From a virus: a stretch of DNA of 64,000 nt. The stretch covers positions 6,959-70,958 of the IMG/VR virus record IMGVR_UViG_3300020198_000012; one strand, written 5' to 3'. This document shows, piece by piece, positions 20,165 through 30,999 of the stretch. The notes under the pieces were generated by a model that was not told the origin of the DNA, did no database searches, and saw nothing but the letters and a program-made list of their open reading frames with translations. A program made the position numbers and the translations under genes. Positions within the stretch are counted from its first letter, which is position 1. Every line of letters starts with the position of its first letter.

Positions 20165-21194
20165 ATTGCAACATATTGCAACACAGTCAGGCAAAAGTTT
20201 AATAGAAGTTCAAGCTGCTTTTAACGAAGCATTGAAATCAATTCCTCCTGGAACAACAGATTCTAAGAAAAATTCTTTGGCATTAAAGTTAACTCACAAG
20301 AATTTGACTGGTGGTTCTAAATCACAAGCAATATCTTTTGAAGCAGTAATCTTTGGTGCTGATAGAACAAGGGATATGATGGAGAGTATTAGAAAGAATG
20401 CTATTACTCAATATTCACAAAATCCTCAATTAGCTGTAGAATCTGGACTAGTTCGAGTAGAAGGAGACAAGATTGTCGTTCTAAACAACCTTAAAGAGTT
20501 TAATGGTAAACCAAATCCAAACTACGGCAAACCGAGACCAGAACATCTTCATACTAGGGATTTAATAATTGTAGCAAGAAAACCAGGAGAACAACAATGG
20601 ATTCCAGGAAGGTTACAATTAAGAGGAGATCAATGTTCTTTAGCTGTCCCGATTGGTAAATTCGTTGAATTTAGAGCTTTAGGGGAAAAAGTTAATGGAC
20701 AATATAAACTGAGATCTTCAGTCGTTACACAATTCACTCCAAAATCTGAAATTCCTACAGAAGAACAGATAAGAATTCTAGAAACTGCTTTTGCAACTAA
20801 TGTGAAAGAATTAGGTGAAGGAATTACATATCATAAAAGTCTTTTAGGAAAACCAGGATTCTATGACCGATTGTTAATAGCAACTGGTGTAGTAAAATAC
20901 ATTAAATTTGCTAGTGACCCATCAAAGAATCATATGGTAGTTCTTTCAGACGATTCATTAGGAAAAGATGAAGGAGTAACAGTTTGGGTACCAAATAACT
21001 TGAGAAGCCTAATTAACTTTGGAAGAGATTCTATTGTTACAATAGTAGGACAAACAAGCATCGGTGCTGGATGGGATTTCGAAAAGAAAGTTCCTTTGCC
21101 AAACGTAGAACGACTAATGATAAATGCTTATAGCATCTTTGGACAACCTGGCTTGACAACTATAGTTGAAGAGCAAGGACCGGACCTCCTGTAA
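20139..21194 (+). CDS. Putative OB-fold ssDNA-binding (RPA/SSB-like) protein
   Basis: Helical N-domain, OB-like strands (MVVLSDDS...VTVWV...FGRDSIVTIVGQT), acidic C-tip; adjacent to Sak4-like gene. Confidence 0.6.
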   Translation: MTTTDLQTRLQHIATQSGKSLIEVQAAFNEALKSIPPGTTDSKKNSLALKLTHKNLTGGSKSQAISFEAVIFGADRTRDMMESIRKNAITQYSQNPQLAVESGLVRVEGDKIVVLNNLKEFNGKPNPNYGKPRPEHLHTRDLIIVARKPGEQQWIPGRLQLRGDQCSLAVPIGKFVEFRALGEKVNGQYKLRSSVVTQFTPKSEIPTEEQIRILETAFATNVKELGEGITYHKSLLGKPGFYDRLLIATGVVKYIKFASDPSKNHMVVLSDDSLGKDEGVTVWVPNNLRSLINFGRDSIVTIVGQTSIGAGWDFEKKVPLPNVERLMINAYSIFGQPGLTTIVEEQGPDLL

Positions 21195-21414
21195 AGGAGA
21201 ATCCTTTTATTTTTTTAAGTGATTATAATGGAAATCAGTAAAGAAGAAATAGAATCATATTCTAAGGTTGCAGAACCGTCTTCCATTAACAGTACCTTGA
21301 TTTTTTGGTGTGAGTTATGCACACAAAATATCACTATCACTAAAAAGGATGAGACTGGTAATTTTGCCCCGCAGAATATTTGTCCTCATATAATTCTCAA
21401 AAAGGCATATTAAT

Positions 21415-22254
21415 ATGGCACCTGAAGAAGTTAAATTAAAAACAGAAACAGCTCCAACATTGGATCTCTTTACTCCTATTGAAAAAGCTTTACAAAAAGC
21501 TGGAATAAGAGCTTTCTTTTGGGGAGAATTTGGAACAGGAAAAACCTACTCAGCGTTATCATTTCCTGAACCAGTTTATGTAATTTCTACAGAAGGAGGA
21601 GTAACTCCTCTTGCACAACACTTTAAAGGAAAGGATATTAGAATATTAGAATGTTCAGTTCCTTATGGTGAGAAACCTGTAGTGAAATCAACTGGACAAG
21701 AAGTAGATGAACCTTTTGTTGTAGATCCTGTACTGTCTTTAGAAAAAGTTGAACAAGCTACAATAGCTTTACAAAATGTTAGTAAAGGTACTATAGTAAT
21801 TGATTCAGTTTCTGATATTTGGGAGTGGCTAGGAAGTTGGTTGCATTACAATGCAGCAAGAAGTGTGTCAAAAAGTTCCGGTAAAGAATTTATGATGCAA
21901 ACAGAATGGCAACATGCTAATGCCAAATATAAGGTTTTAATGTTTAGATTACTAACAAGACCTTGTAATGTAGTATTAACTGCTAGATCTTCGCCAGTTT
22001 ACCAAGATGGAAACATGACAGGAACTTCTAAAGCAAAGACACAACAAAATACACCATATTGGATGGATCTTGTAGCACAATTTCAGAACAGACCAATGCC
22101 TGAAGGAACCTCAGGAAAATTAGTTAATAAAAGAATAGTTACTATTACCAAATGTAGATTTGGTGATGTACCTAATCCTGTTATTGAGGACTTGACCTAT
22201 GATAAATTGAAAACATCTCTTAAAGGAGTTGTTCCTGATGGAGTGTTTCAATAA
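21415..22254 (+). CDS. Sak4-like (AAA_24) ssDNA annealing ATPase
   Basis: WGEFGTGKT, ISTEGG, TIVIDSVS, NVVLTAR, ITKCRF. Confidence 0.85.
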   Translation: MAPEEVKLKTETAPTLDLFTPIEKALQKAGIRAFFWGEFGTGKTYSALSFPEPVYVISTEGGVTPLAQHFKGKDIRILECSVPYGEKPVVKSTGQEVDEPFVVDPVLSLEKVEQATIALQNVSKGTIVIDSVSDIWEWLGSWLHYNAARSVSKSSGKEFMMQTEWQHANAKYKVLMFRLLTRPCNVVLTARSSPVYQDGNMTGTSKAKTQQNTPYWMDLVAQFQNRPMPEGTSGKLVNKRIVTITKCRFGDVPNPVIEDLTYDKLKTSLKGVVPDGVFQ

Positions 22255-22948
22255 ACCTTTTTTTTATGATAAAAATGAATAAATGCACAAATATCATCAA
22301 TGGGTATTGCATAAGGATGGATATAGATTCTGTTCTATTTGCAAATACCGACAAACTAATCAAGGTGTTTTAATTGGAGAACACACAAGAAAATCTAAAT
22401 ACAGTACACAGTGGCATAGTGGCAATACGACACATGTGTCAAGACCAAGAAGCTTTAGTGAAGGCATTAGATATTCTGAGGAAAGAAAAAACTGGAACCG
22501 ATCTAATTTTTCAACACCACAAAGCAAAATTAAGAGAACTTCAAGACGTAGAAGCTCTTTTGGAACAACTGCTCCCTCAGAGCAAAAATATTACAGAAAA
22601 TAATAAATTAACTGTGACATAACAATGGCACGAGAAAAACATTCTGAACTAGAAAAATATCAAAAAGCTTTAAGCGATGCTGTTAGAGCTATTAATGAAT
22701 CTGATGTAGAACTAACTCCTAAAGAACAAGCTGCATTAATAAAGACCCTTGGAGGGATGACGGCCAGAGAGATGGAGAAATTGACAAAAATGTTCTTTGA
22801 TTCTGATGGACCAGAACTAGCAGATTCTATTAGAAAGCTAATATCACCTTTTAGAGCCACTGATAGAACCACAAAAGATACAAAAGGCAGGAAATAATCC
22901 TTCCTTTATTTTTATTTATCTGATTAGTACCTTTTTTTATCCAATTAC

Positions 22949-22981
22949 TTTATTAAATTCTTCATAGGAATTATTATTATG
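22949..22981 (+). promoter_or_regulatory. Archaeal-type leaderless promoter
   Basis: TTTATTAA at 22949, ATTATTATTATG with ATG at 22979. Confidence 0.65.
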
Positions 22982-23456
22982 GAAAATAAGTTATGTGATA
23001 TTATAGATTGTCCTAACGAGGCTATAAAAACATATATTTCTAGTTTAGTTATGGGAAATAAAAAATATTATTGTGAAGACCATAATACTTGGATACCAAA
23101 GTTTAAAGATTTTACAATAAAAGAATCAGGAACAACAGATTTAGGATTTTTTATTGAATACTATCAATCTCAAGGAGTTCCTGAGAAAGTAATAATGGAT
23201 ATTATCGAAGGCCTAGAACTTCTAAAAGAGAAAAGGCGGAGAGAGAAGTAATTAATGCAAGGAATAACTTTTATACAATGTACTTCTTGTCCTAATCAAT
23301 TTAGGAAAGGAACAGGCCATTTAGTAGCCTGTTGTTGTGGAACAAAACCTATATGCGATGACTGTTATAAGAGATTAAAAGTTGAAGGAAAGATAAAAGA
23401 CGCCAAGTTTAAAGATAAAGACCTTTCACCCGGAGTGGCAAGGAGTATGAGATAAG

Positions 23457-23807
23457 TTGAGTATAAATAAAATGTTTTATTTTGCAATAGCCTTTATTAT
23501 TGCGTTAGCTATTATAATGTCAGCACATTATGCTTTTGCAGATAATTCTACTTATATAATTAATAACAATTACTATATAGATGATGAATTAACTAAACAA
23601 TTAATAGCACAAATTGAACATACTAATTTCCTATTAAATGAACAAATAAAACAACAGCACCATCATTCCCTTCTATTAGAACGACAGAATAATATGACCT
23701 ATGTTATAGGAACTCTAGTCAAAGGGATTTACAAAACACAAGAAAATATTTATGAAACTTTACAAGCATTAATACAATTGTTAGCAACTATGGCAAAAAT
23801 GGCATGA
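23457..23807 (+). CDS. Secreted or membrane coiled-coil protein
   Basis: Signal peptide ending AFA, then a heptad-like region. Confidence 0.6.
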   Translation: MSINKMFYFAIAFIIALAIIMSAHYAFADNSTYIINNNYYIDDELTKQLIAQIEHTNFLLNEQIKQQHHHSLLLERQNNMTYVIGTLVKGIYKTQENIYETLQALIQLLATMAKMA

Positions 23808-24379
23808 CCTTGGTAGTTAACCTTTTTGGTGGACCAGGTAGCGGGAAATCAACTATAGCTGCTGGAATATTTTCTTTATTAAAATTACACGGAATTAATG
23901 CAGAACTTGTTACCGAGTTTCCTAAAGGAGCTGTCTGGGAAAAGAGATTTAAAGTTTTAGAAAATCAGCTTTATATCCTAGCAAAAGAGTATCATTCAAT
24001 ATGGAGGGTTTATCAGAATCCTGAAGTTGATGTGGTTATAACAGATGGCCCTATAATACTATCTTTAGTTTATGGTCAAGGTAGTGAAACCTTTAACAAA
24101 TTAGTTTTAGAAACTTATAGAAAATTTAAAAATAAGAATTATCTTATATCAAGAACGAAAAAATATAACCCTTCAGGTAGAAACCAAACTGAAGAACAAG
24201 CTGATGATATAGCTAGGGTTACTAAAATTGTTTTAGATGGTTATGGTATTCCATATGAAAGTTATAATGGAAACTGGTTAACTATAAATAAGATAACTAA
24301 TGAAACTCTTAATGAGCTTGGTATACAACAACAAATTGGATTACATGATGTTGAAGAAAGGGATTTGAATGATGGTTAA
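23804..24379 (+). CDS. P-loop nucleotide/nucleoside kinase-like protein (AAA_28/NadR-like)
   Basis: VNLFGGPGSGKST, VTEF, VITDGP, YNPSGRNQTEE. Confidence 0.8.
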   Translation: MTLVVNLFGGPGSGKSTIAAGIFSLLKLHGINAELVTEFPKGAVWEKRFKVLENQLYILAKEYHSIWRVYQNPEVDVVITDGPIILSLVYGQGSETFNKLVLETYRKFKNKNYLISRTKKYNPSGRNQTEEQADDIARVTKIVLDGYGIPYESYNGNWLTINKITNETLNELGIQQQIGLHDVEERDLNDG

Positions 24380-24474
24380 ACATATAAAAAAGGTAATACC
24401 TCCACCTGCAGAGTTTGAATTTTGGTTATATTGTGCTTTCATAGATTATTGCGGATCTAAGAGGTTGTTAAGAA

Positions 24475-25209
24475 TTGATTAAATTAATTTTAGACTATCC
24501 AATCTCTTATGTTTATGTTGCACAAGGAGATGCTACGTTTTGTCTTCCTCAGTATTATAAAGAAAGTGAATTTTATAGAACTACTATAAAAGAACTACAA
24601 AAAAATGGAAGAGAAATCATGCTCGATAACGGAGCTTGGGAATTTGGTAGGTCAATGCATCCTTTAGAATTCTTAGAAGTTGTAAAGGAATTAAAACCAA
24701 CTTGGGCAGTTATTCCTGATGTGATGAAAGATGCCGCAGAAACAGAGAAATATGCTACAACTTTTCTAACAGCTTTAGCTTTAAAACCTATACCTGAAAC
24801 TAAATTTATGTTTGCTCCACAAGGAAAGAACATTAAAGAACTGGTAACTTGTTATAATAATATAGTTTCAAGATTCTACACATTAATTGATATGTTAGCT
24901 ATACCTAAACATGTAGGAAAGATTATTAACAGGGTCAAGTTTACAGATCATCTTTGGGAAAAGGCTATTATTAAATTCCAAAATGTACATTTTTTAGGAT
25001 TTCATTCTATGAAAGAATTGGAATTTACAGCAGAACAAAGGAATTGGAACTTGTTTTCTATTGATACAAAATTTCCAATAAAGAAATCTTTTGGATTTGG
25101 ATTTAAAAACGAGGATGATTATTATAGAACAACTAGACCTCTAGGGGTGATGCAACTAGAACAATCAGTGGCAATTTTCCAACGAAGTTTAGGAGATACA
25201 GGATGGTAA
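24475..25209 (+). CDS. dpdA: Divergent TGT-fold DpdA-like 7-deazaguanine transglycosylase
   Basis: MLDNGAWE, VIPDV, APQG, VHFLG and SIDT motifs in TGT order; que genes in the same arm. Confidence 0.7.
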   Translation: MIKLILDYPISYVYVAQGDATFCLPQYYKESEFYRTTIKELQKNGREIMLDNGAWEFGRSMHPLEFLEVVKELKPTWAVIPDVMKDAAETEKYATTFLTALALKPIPETKFMFAPQGKNIKELVTCYNNIVSRFYTLIDMLAIPKHVGKIINRVKFTDHLWEKAIIKFQNVHFLGFHSMKELEFTAEQRNWNLFSIDTKFPIKKSFGFGFKNEDDYYRTTRPLGVMQLEQSVAIFQRSLGDTGW

Positions 25210-25222
25210 ATATGATGCGATT

Positions 25223-25723
25223 ATGAAACCTAAAATTATTAGAGTTCCTTGGGAAGTGATAGAAGATTGTTGCAAAATTATTGCTGAGAATATTAAAGGA
25301 CAAGATCGTAATACTCTTATTTTAGGAATTAAAAATGGAGGAGTTATCCCAGCTATGATTGTTCATAAACTGTTAGGAACTCCTTATACGTTTGATATTA
25401 TAGAAGGTTATCCTAGAAATGCTGAATATGTTTATGCGAAAATGAACGGTTATAAGAATGTGCTTTTTATAGATGATATTAATGATTCAGGAGATACTAT
25501 AAATAATTTTGGCAAATTGATTAAAAAGGCTTGTGAAATGCATCCTTCCTTTGATCCTAATTTTGCTTTCTTTACTTTATTTGCAAGAAAATCTTCTAAC
25601 GCTGTTTCAAATAGTGCACTTGTTGTTGACCATGAAAACTGGTTTAGGTTTGCATGGGAACTTCAAGAGCAACCTAAAAGAAATAGGGATTTGCTTCAAT
25701 GCAAGTTCCCGCGGCTTGGATAG
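25223..25723 (+). CDS. Type I purine phosphoribosyltransferase
   Basis: GIKNGGVIPA, PRPP motif LFIDDINDSGDT, C-terminal WFRFAWE. Confidence 0.9.
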   Translation: MKPKIIRVPWEVIEDCCKIIAENIKGQDRNTLILGIKNGGVIPAMIVHKLLGTPYTFDIIEGYPRNAEYVYAKMNGYKNVLFIDDINDSGDTINNFGKLIKKACEMHPSFDPNFAFFTLFARKSSNAVSNSALVVDHENWFRFAWELQEQPKRNRDLLQCKFPRLG

Positions 25724-25750
25724 GTAAACAAGCTAAAATAATAGTAGAAG

Positions 25751-25783
25751 TTTAATTATTACTTTTACTAGGGCAATTTAATG
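25751..25783 (+). promoter_or_regulatory. Leaderless promoter of polB
   Basis: TTTAATTA at 25751, ATG at 25781. Confidence 0.55.
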
Positions 25784-28234
25784 AAATATCGTAAAATAGA
25801 TGTAGTGAGGCAAGATTTAACTTCATCACAAAATCTTGTTGTTATAGCTAGGAGAGAAGACGGACAAAAGTTTGAAATTAAAGTAGAAAATCTTCCAAGT
25901 TATTTTTTCCTTCCTATTAAACCTGAATATCCACCTAATCTATTAGCCAAAGTAAAGAGCATAGAAGGAGGATATAAATCTATTTATGGAAAAGAGTTAT
26001 GGAAAATTACTACTTGGAAATCTCAAGATACTAATCTTTTAAGAAAAGGATATGATCATCACGAAGCTGATATCCTTTGGACTGAAAGAGCTTGTATTGA
26101 TCTTAAACTAACAGACGGTTTTAGATATGAGAATAATCAAATAATTCCTGATAACGATGTTGATCATATAAAGTTAAGAACCTGGGTTTTGGATATAGAG
26201 GTTATTACTCCTCCTAGTGTTTTCGCTAGTTATGAAAATCCTAAATATCAAACAGCTTGTATAGTTTTTTATGATTCTTATGATAAAAGGATATTTACTT
26301 TATCAACTAAATATGTCGATGAAAAAACAATGTTTGAAGAACTGTTCCAATTATTAGAAGAAAAGAAACCTGATATTATTACTGGATGGAATATTTCTTT
26401 TGATATTTCTTGGTTATTGAAAAGAGCAGAAGCTTTAAAGTTAGATCCTAGAAGATTTTCACCTATTAAACATTATATAGCTCCAAGGGAATACCAGAGA
26501 ATGCATGGGTTTAAAATTGTCATAGCAGAAATTCCTGGAATAATTGTATTTGATGGATTGGAAGCTTATAAAATAAAGAAAAATCCTTCAGGACAATTAA
26601 GCAGTTATAATTTACATAGTGTAGCAGAAAAAGAATTAGATAATTTACAATGGGAAGATTTAGGATCCAGGATAGAAGAATCTTGGAAAAAGAACCCACA
26701 AGATGTAATTGACTATTGTAAACAAGATGTTGATGTAGAACGACAAATTATATTTAAAGAAAATCTTATTGACCAATCCTTGACTCTTTGTAGATTGAGT
26801 GGTTGTACTTTGCCACAGACTACCAAAAAAGAACAGATTATTGATCACGCTATTTTGCTTAGAAGAGGAAATAGGATTTTACCTTCTAAGAAAAGGTCTA
26901 TATTAAAAGATCAAGGAATAGATTATTTACCTGAAGAAGTTAAAGTTAAAGGAGCAGTGGTTTTAAAACCTTCTCCTGGAATTCATTATAACATAGGAGT
27001 ATTTGATGCAGCTGCCCTATATCCTTCTATAATTGTTGGATTTAATATTTCACCTGAAGTAAAGGATGTTAATGGATCTATAAAGATTCATACAGAATGG
27101 GATGAAGAAAAGAAGAATAATTTAACAGGAAAGAAAGAGATTTTGCATGTTGTAAAGGATTTTGCGTTTAAAAACCCAAAAGAACAAATAGGAATTATCC
27201 CTGAAGCTATCAAGGAATTTAGAGAGTTGAGAGAACAGGTGAGAGAGAGGAAAAGACTGGCTGAGGAGCAGTATGGCCATGATTCACCCCAATTTAAAGC
27301 TTTAGAAGAAGAGGATACTGCTGATAAATTTATTATAACTTCCTTTTATGGAGTAAATGGGTTTGCAGGATTTAGGCTCTATGATCCTGATTGTGCTAAT
27401 GCAATAACTGCAGTTGGAAGACAGTTTATTGAAGGACTGGTTCCTTACCTAGGGAAGAGAGGGTTTCCAGTAGAATATGGTGATACAGATTCTGTGTTTG
27501 TTAAATTAAATACCGTTAATGACGGCGATACTGTTAGTAAATTAATTTCAGAATTCCTAACTGAAAAATTAAGATCTATGGGAGTTAACGAAGGAGCTAT
27601 ACAAGTTAAATTTGAAAAATTCTTTGAATGGTGTATTTTTAAACAAAGAGAAATTAGAAAAGGAGTTTATGAACCAGTAAAGAAGAAATATGTGGCCCAT
27701 ATGACATGGACTGAAGGACTTGGTGGAAAAATGGAACCTACTGATTATATGTATATTAGAGGATTTGAAACTAGACGATCAGACAGTAGTCCTATATTAA
27801 AAGATACTATGAAACAATTTTTTAATTATATGCAAAAAAATCAATTTGATGAAGCTATTAAAGTTTTAAAAAAGGTAAAGAAAAATTGGAATAACTATTC
27901 TCCAATAGATATTGCTATCCCAAAGAAAATAACAACTTTAAACCCTAAAACAGACAATCCTTGGATTAGAGGAATTACCTATGGAAAACAACTTGGATGG
28001 CGATATGATGATCAAAGTGCAGTGCAATTACTTTATCTTTCTTATTCTGGAGGAAAGAATATGGATGTGATATGTTTACAAAAACATCATTCATTACCTA
28101 GCGATTTTAAAATAGATTACAATATGATGTTTGAAAAAGTTATACAAAATAAATTTGAGGATTTAATTGATGCTATGGGGAAAGATTGGAAGATTGATAT
28201 TGAAGGACTGAAAACTTTAGAAGGATGGTTTTGA
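25781..28234 (+). CDS. polB: Family B DNA polymerase with 3'-5' exonuclease
   Basis: LDIE, GWNISFD, YCKQDV, DAAALYPS, KFIITSFYG, YGDTDS, KKKY, GFETRRSD; C-terminal PIP-like LEGWF. Confidence 0.97.
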   Translation: MKYRKIDVVRQDLTSSQNLVVIARREDGQKFEIKVENLPSYFFLPIKPEYPPNLLAKVKSIEGGYKSIYGKELWKITTWKSQDTNLLRKGYDHHEADILWTERACIDLKLTDGFRYENNQIIPDNDVDHIKLRTWVLDIEVITPPSVFASYENPKYQTACIVFYDSYDKRIFTLSTKYVDEKTMFEELFQLLEEKKPDIITGWNISFDISWLLKRAEALKLDPRRFSPIKHYIAPREYQRMHGFKIVIAEIPGIIVFDGLEAYKIKKNPSGQLSSYNLHSVAEKELDNLQWEDLGSRIEESWKKNPQDVIDYCKQDVDVERQIIFKENLIDQSLTLCRLSGCTLPQTTKKEQIIDHAILLRRGNRILPSKKRSILKDQGIDYLPEEVKVKGAVVLKPSPGIHYNIGVFDAAALYPSIIVGFNISPEVKDVNGSIKIHTEWDEEKKNNLTGKKEILHVVKDFAFKNPKEQIGIIPEAIKEFRELREQVRERKRLAEEQYGHDSPQFKALEEEDTADKFIITSFYGVNGFAGFRLYDPDCANAITAVGRQFIEGLVPYLGKRGFPVEYGDTDSVFVKLNTVNDGDTVSKLISEFLTEKLRSMGVNEGAIQVKFEKFFEWCIFKQREIRKGVYEPVKKKYVAHMTWTEGLGGKMEPTDYMYIRGFETRRSDSSPILKDTMKQFFNYMQKNQFDEAIKVLKKVKKNWNNYSPIDIAIPKKITTLNPKTDNPWIRGITYGKQLGWRYDDQSAVQLLYLSYSGGKNMDVICLQKHHSLPSDFKIDYNMMFEKVIQNKFEDLIDAMGKDWKIDIEGLKTLEGWF

Positions 28235-28386
28235 AAATATTACTAATTGAGTGGACGCATGTTTAATAAAGTAAAAGATCCTTATGAAAGATATAAGCTA
28301 TGGTTAGATTTTATAAGAGATTTATCAATAATTGGAGGAGGAATAACCGGTAATATTATTATCATTACTTTGGTTTTATCTAGTAA

Positions 28387-28689
28387 ATGACTTTTTATGA
28401 TAGTTTTAAAAATACTATTTGCAAGGCATTCTCTAGTTTTTGGAAGTGGTATTCTTCCAAATTAGTTCATTCTGTAACGATTACTCTGATAGTTCATCTG
28501 TTACAAATTCCACATTTTATATGGGCAGGAGATGTTTATTTAAGAATAGGAATGATTTCTTATATCAATCCTGTAATTGATTTCCTTTTATACGGCATAG
28601 ATTTAATAGAACTTCCTAGTTTATTTAATGTGTTATTGCTGTGGTTATACCATGTGAAAAACAAGAAAACCTTTACCAAACCAACATAA
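28387..28689 (+). CDS. Membrane protein
   Basis: Hydrophobic helices, QIPH motif. Confidence 0.6.
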   Translation: MTFYDSFKNTICKAFSSFWKWYSSKLVHSVTITLIVHLLQIPHFIWAGDVYLRIGMISYINPVIDFLLYGIDLIELPSLFNVLLLWLYHVKNKKTFTKPT

Positions 28690-28785
28690 GGTTACCTTGT
28701 AGAATTTGCCGACATGAATCAGCTTGTGTTACACAGGGATATTGTATAGCACATTATAAAGAATTGTTAACAAATGTGATATTAA

Positions 28786-29052
28786 ATGGTTGATTATCCT
28801 GAAGACGATGATGATATTATCGATAATGCGTTCGATTTGAGATCAGATATGCCTCCTGGAATATTCCAAGACACCGAGCCTGTTGATCCTAATACTATAG
28901 TAAAAGGATGTAAAGCTTGTATTTTTTCTGTTTACGAATATCCTGAAAATAAAACCAAAGGATTTTGGAATTTCTGTCCTACATGTGGTTCAATGCTAGA
29001 AAAAGGAAGGATTATAGACTTTCATCCGGAAAATGTAGATGACGGCACTTAA
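28786..29052 (+). CDS. Zinc-ribbon protein
   Basis: CKAC...FCPTCG. Confidence 0.65.
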   Translation: MVDYPEDDDDIIDNAFDLRSDMPPGIFQDTEPVDPNTIVKGCKACIFSVYEYPENKTKGFWNFCPTCGSMLEKGRIIDFHPENVDDGT

Positions 29053-29193
29053 AAAATATATAAAAGAAGTTATCAATCTAATGTTTGATGGGATTGATAA
29101 TGTTCCCTGTTTAAATTGTGAAGAACCTACCTATATTAGATATGATAGGAAATATAAGGGATTAGTAGGAAGTTGTACAAAGTGTGATATTAG

Positions 29194-30018
29194 TTGGCGG
29201 GAAAGTTAGATAAAAAATTAATTCCTATAAGAAAGACAGCTTTCTTAATGTATAAACATTGCCCTAAACAATTTGAATTTTTCTACAATTCAGGGGATTA
29301 TTATAACTATGGAGAATCTAAAGGAGCTTCTCCTGCTTTAATAAGAGGAACAGCGTTTCATAAAGGATGTGACAAGTTCTTTAATGGGTTTGATGTTAAT
29401 TATTGTAAAGATTTAAATTCAAAACAAATTGGAGAATATATGAGCCACCATATTCAAGAAACTAATGACGATGAGATTAATACCTGGTTTAGCTTCTTTT
29501 TAGAGTATGAGCAAAGAAGGTTTGAACAATTAAGAGAGGAAAATAAATTGCAATATTATTTACCAGCAGCAAAAGAACTAGAAATATCCATGCCTGATTT
29601 AATAGATAGGACAGGTCATGTTGATAGAATAGATCAAATTTCTGAGGATGAGTTAATGATTGTAGAATATAAAACAGGAAAAAGTTACGATATGGACAAA
29701 CCTGATAGGGTCACTTCAATGAATGCTGAGATTGGATTTTATGTAACCATTCTCCAGGGAATTAATAAATTTCCAAAACAAAAGATTATTAAATGGTGTG
29801 TAATAAATCCAACATTAGAAAAAGTGTGGATAAATTCGATATCAAAGGTAACACTAACGTCTGTTGACAAGAATTATAAATCTTTAGTGGAAAAACTTGT
29901 CAACAAAGAACCCTTTGAGAAAAATATAAATGATCTTTGTATGTACTGTCCTTATTTTAACCAGTGTCTTTATAACAAAGAAGAAGGATTAAATATTAAA
30001 GTGGAGGAATTAAAGTAA
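29194..30018 (+). CDS. Cas4/AddB-like PD-(D/E)XK exonuclease
   Basis: N-terminal CPKQF, RGTAFH, GHVDRID, VEYKTG, C-terminal CMYCPYFNQC. Confidence 0.9.
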   Translation: MAGKLDKKLIPIRKTAFLMYKHCPKQFEFFYNSGDYYNYGESKGASPALIRGTAFHKGCDKFFNGFDVNYCKDLNSKQIGEYMSHHIQETNDDEINTWFSFFLEYEQRRFEQLREENKLQYYLPAAKELEISMPDLIDRTGHVDRIDQISEDELMIVEYKTGKSYDMDKPDRVTSMNAEIGFYVTILQGINKFPKQKIIKWCVINPTLEKVWINSISKVTLTSVDKNYKSLVEKLVNKEPFEKNINDLCMYCPYFNQCLYNKEEGLNIKVEELK

Positions 30019-30053
30019 TGTTTGAAATTTTAGGAAAAAGGAGTTTAAAATAA

Positions 30054-30446
30054 ATGCCTAGAATATATGTAGCAGGACCAATATTAAATGGTCATACTCT
30101 TCCGTTAGAAGAAGGTATAAAGAATGTTAATAAAGCTTTCTTGGTTGGATATGAGTTAATGAAAAAAGGATGGTCTCCTTTTATTCCACAAGGATCTCTT
30201 TACATGTCAATGTATTTAAAAAAAGAAACAGGGGTTTTCCCATCTTGGGAAACCTGGATGGCTTTGGATAGTGCATATATTTCAGTTTGCCAAGCATTGT
30301 TTTATATTGGCTCTTCTAAAGGAGCAAACAGGGAATTAGACTGGGCAAAAGAACATGGATTAATTATTTATTATAAGCTAGAAGATGTACCTGAGGTAAA
30401 ACCTGATACATCTTTGTTGAACTATAAAGAATCTAAAAAGGTATAA
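30054..30446 (+). CDS. DUF4406 / nucleoside 2-deoxyribosyltransferase-like protein
   Basis: RIYVAGP, PFIP, W...D...C, SKGANRELDWA. Confidence 0.75.
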   Translation: MPRIYVAGPILNGHTLPLEEGIKNVNKAFLVGYELMKKGWSPFIPQGSLYMSMYLKKETGVFPSWETWMALDSAYISVCQALFYIGSSKGANRELDWAKEHGLIIYYKLEDVPEVKPDTSLLNYKESKKV

Positions 30447-30645
30447 AATATGTTTGAAAAACCTAAAGAAGTTAATAACATTTTAAAGATGTTTGCAGAG
30501 AAGATTTATCTTACTAGCAAGCAATATGACCTTAACACTGAAGAAGGAAAAGCCATTTTTATGGCTGAGACAATGTTGAATTTGGCTAGTTTTGGTTATG
30601 CCTTTTTGATTGACGTGGCATCAAAATTAAACAGTAAACAAGAAA

Positions 30646-30999
30646 ATGAATAAAGAAATAGAATTTAGAATAAAAAAGTTTACAGAAGAATGTGATAAAC
30701 TTGTTTTCTCGATTAAAGATGTTGATTATAATCATGGAGGAATAGATGTCCAACATTATTTTCCTTTTGGATGGCATAGTGTTATGCATGATATTACAAA
30801 GAAATATAATAGGTTAATGGCCTTGCTTTCTTCAGGAAAACCACCTGCTAATGAATCTATAGATGATAATTTTAAAGATCTTTGCAATTATGTTAGAATT
30901 GGTTATGCGGTATTAAAATCCCAAGAAGCTTTTGATGAGGTGAAAAAAACTTTGCCAAAGAAAAAATCAATGAAAAGAAGAAAAAGAACAGGATATTAA
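30646..30999 (+). CDS. Nucleotide-modification-associated domain 1 (DUF1599-like)
   Basis: K..DY, KYNRL, NESIDDNFKDLCNY. Confidence 0.7.
   Translation: MNKEIEFRIKKFTEECDKLVFSIKDVDYNHGGIDVQHYFPFGWHSVMHDITKKYNRLMALLSSGKPPANESIDDNFKDLCNYVRIGYAVLKSQEAFDEVKKTLPKKKSMKRRKRTGY

Noticed and set aside
25781-28234. Intein or intron in PolB, TerL or MCM
   Set aside because: Lengths are normal or short, motifs are contiguous, and there are no C...HN splice signatures.
29194-30018. Cas4 as part of a CRISPR-Cas system
   Set aside because: No cas1, cas2 or array. Stand-alone Cas4-like nucleases are common in archaeal virus replication modules.
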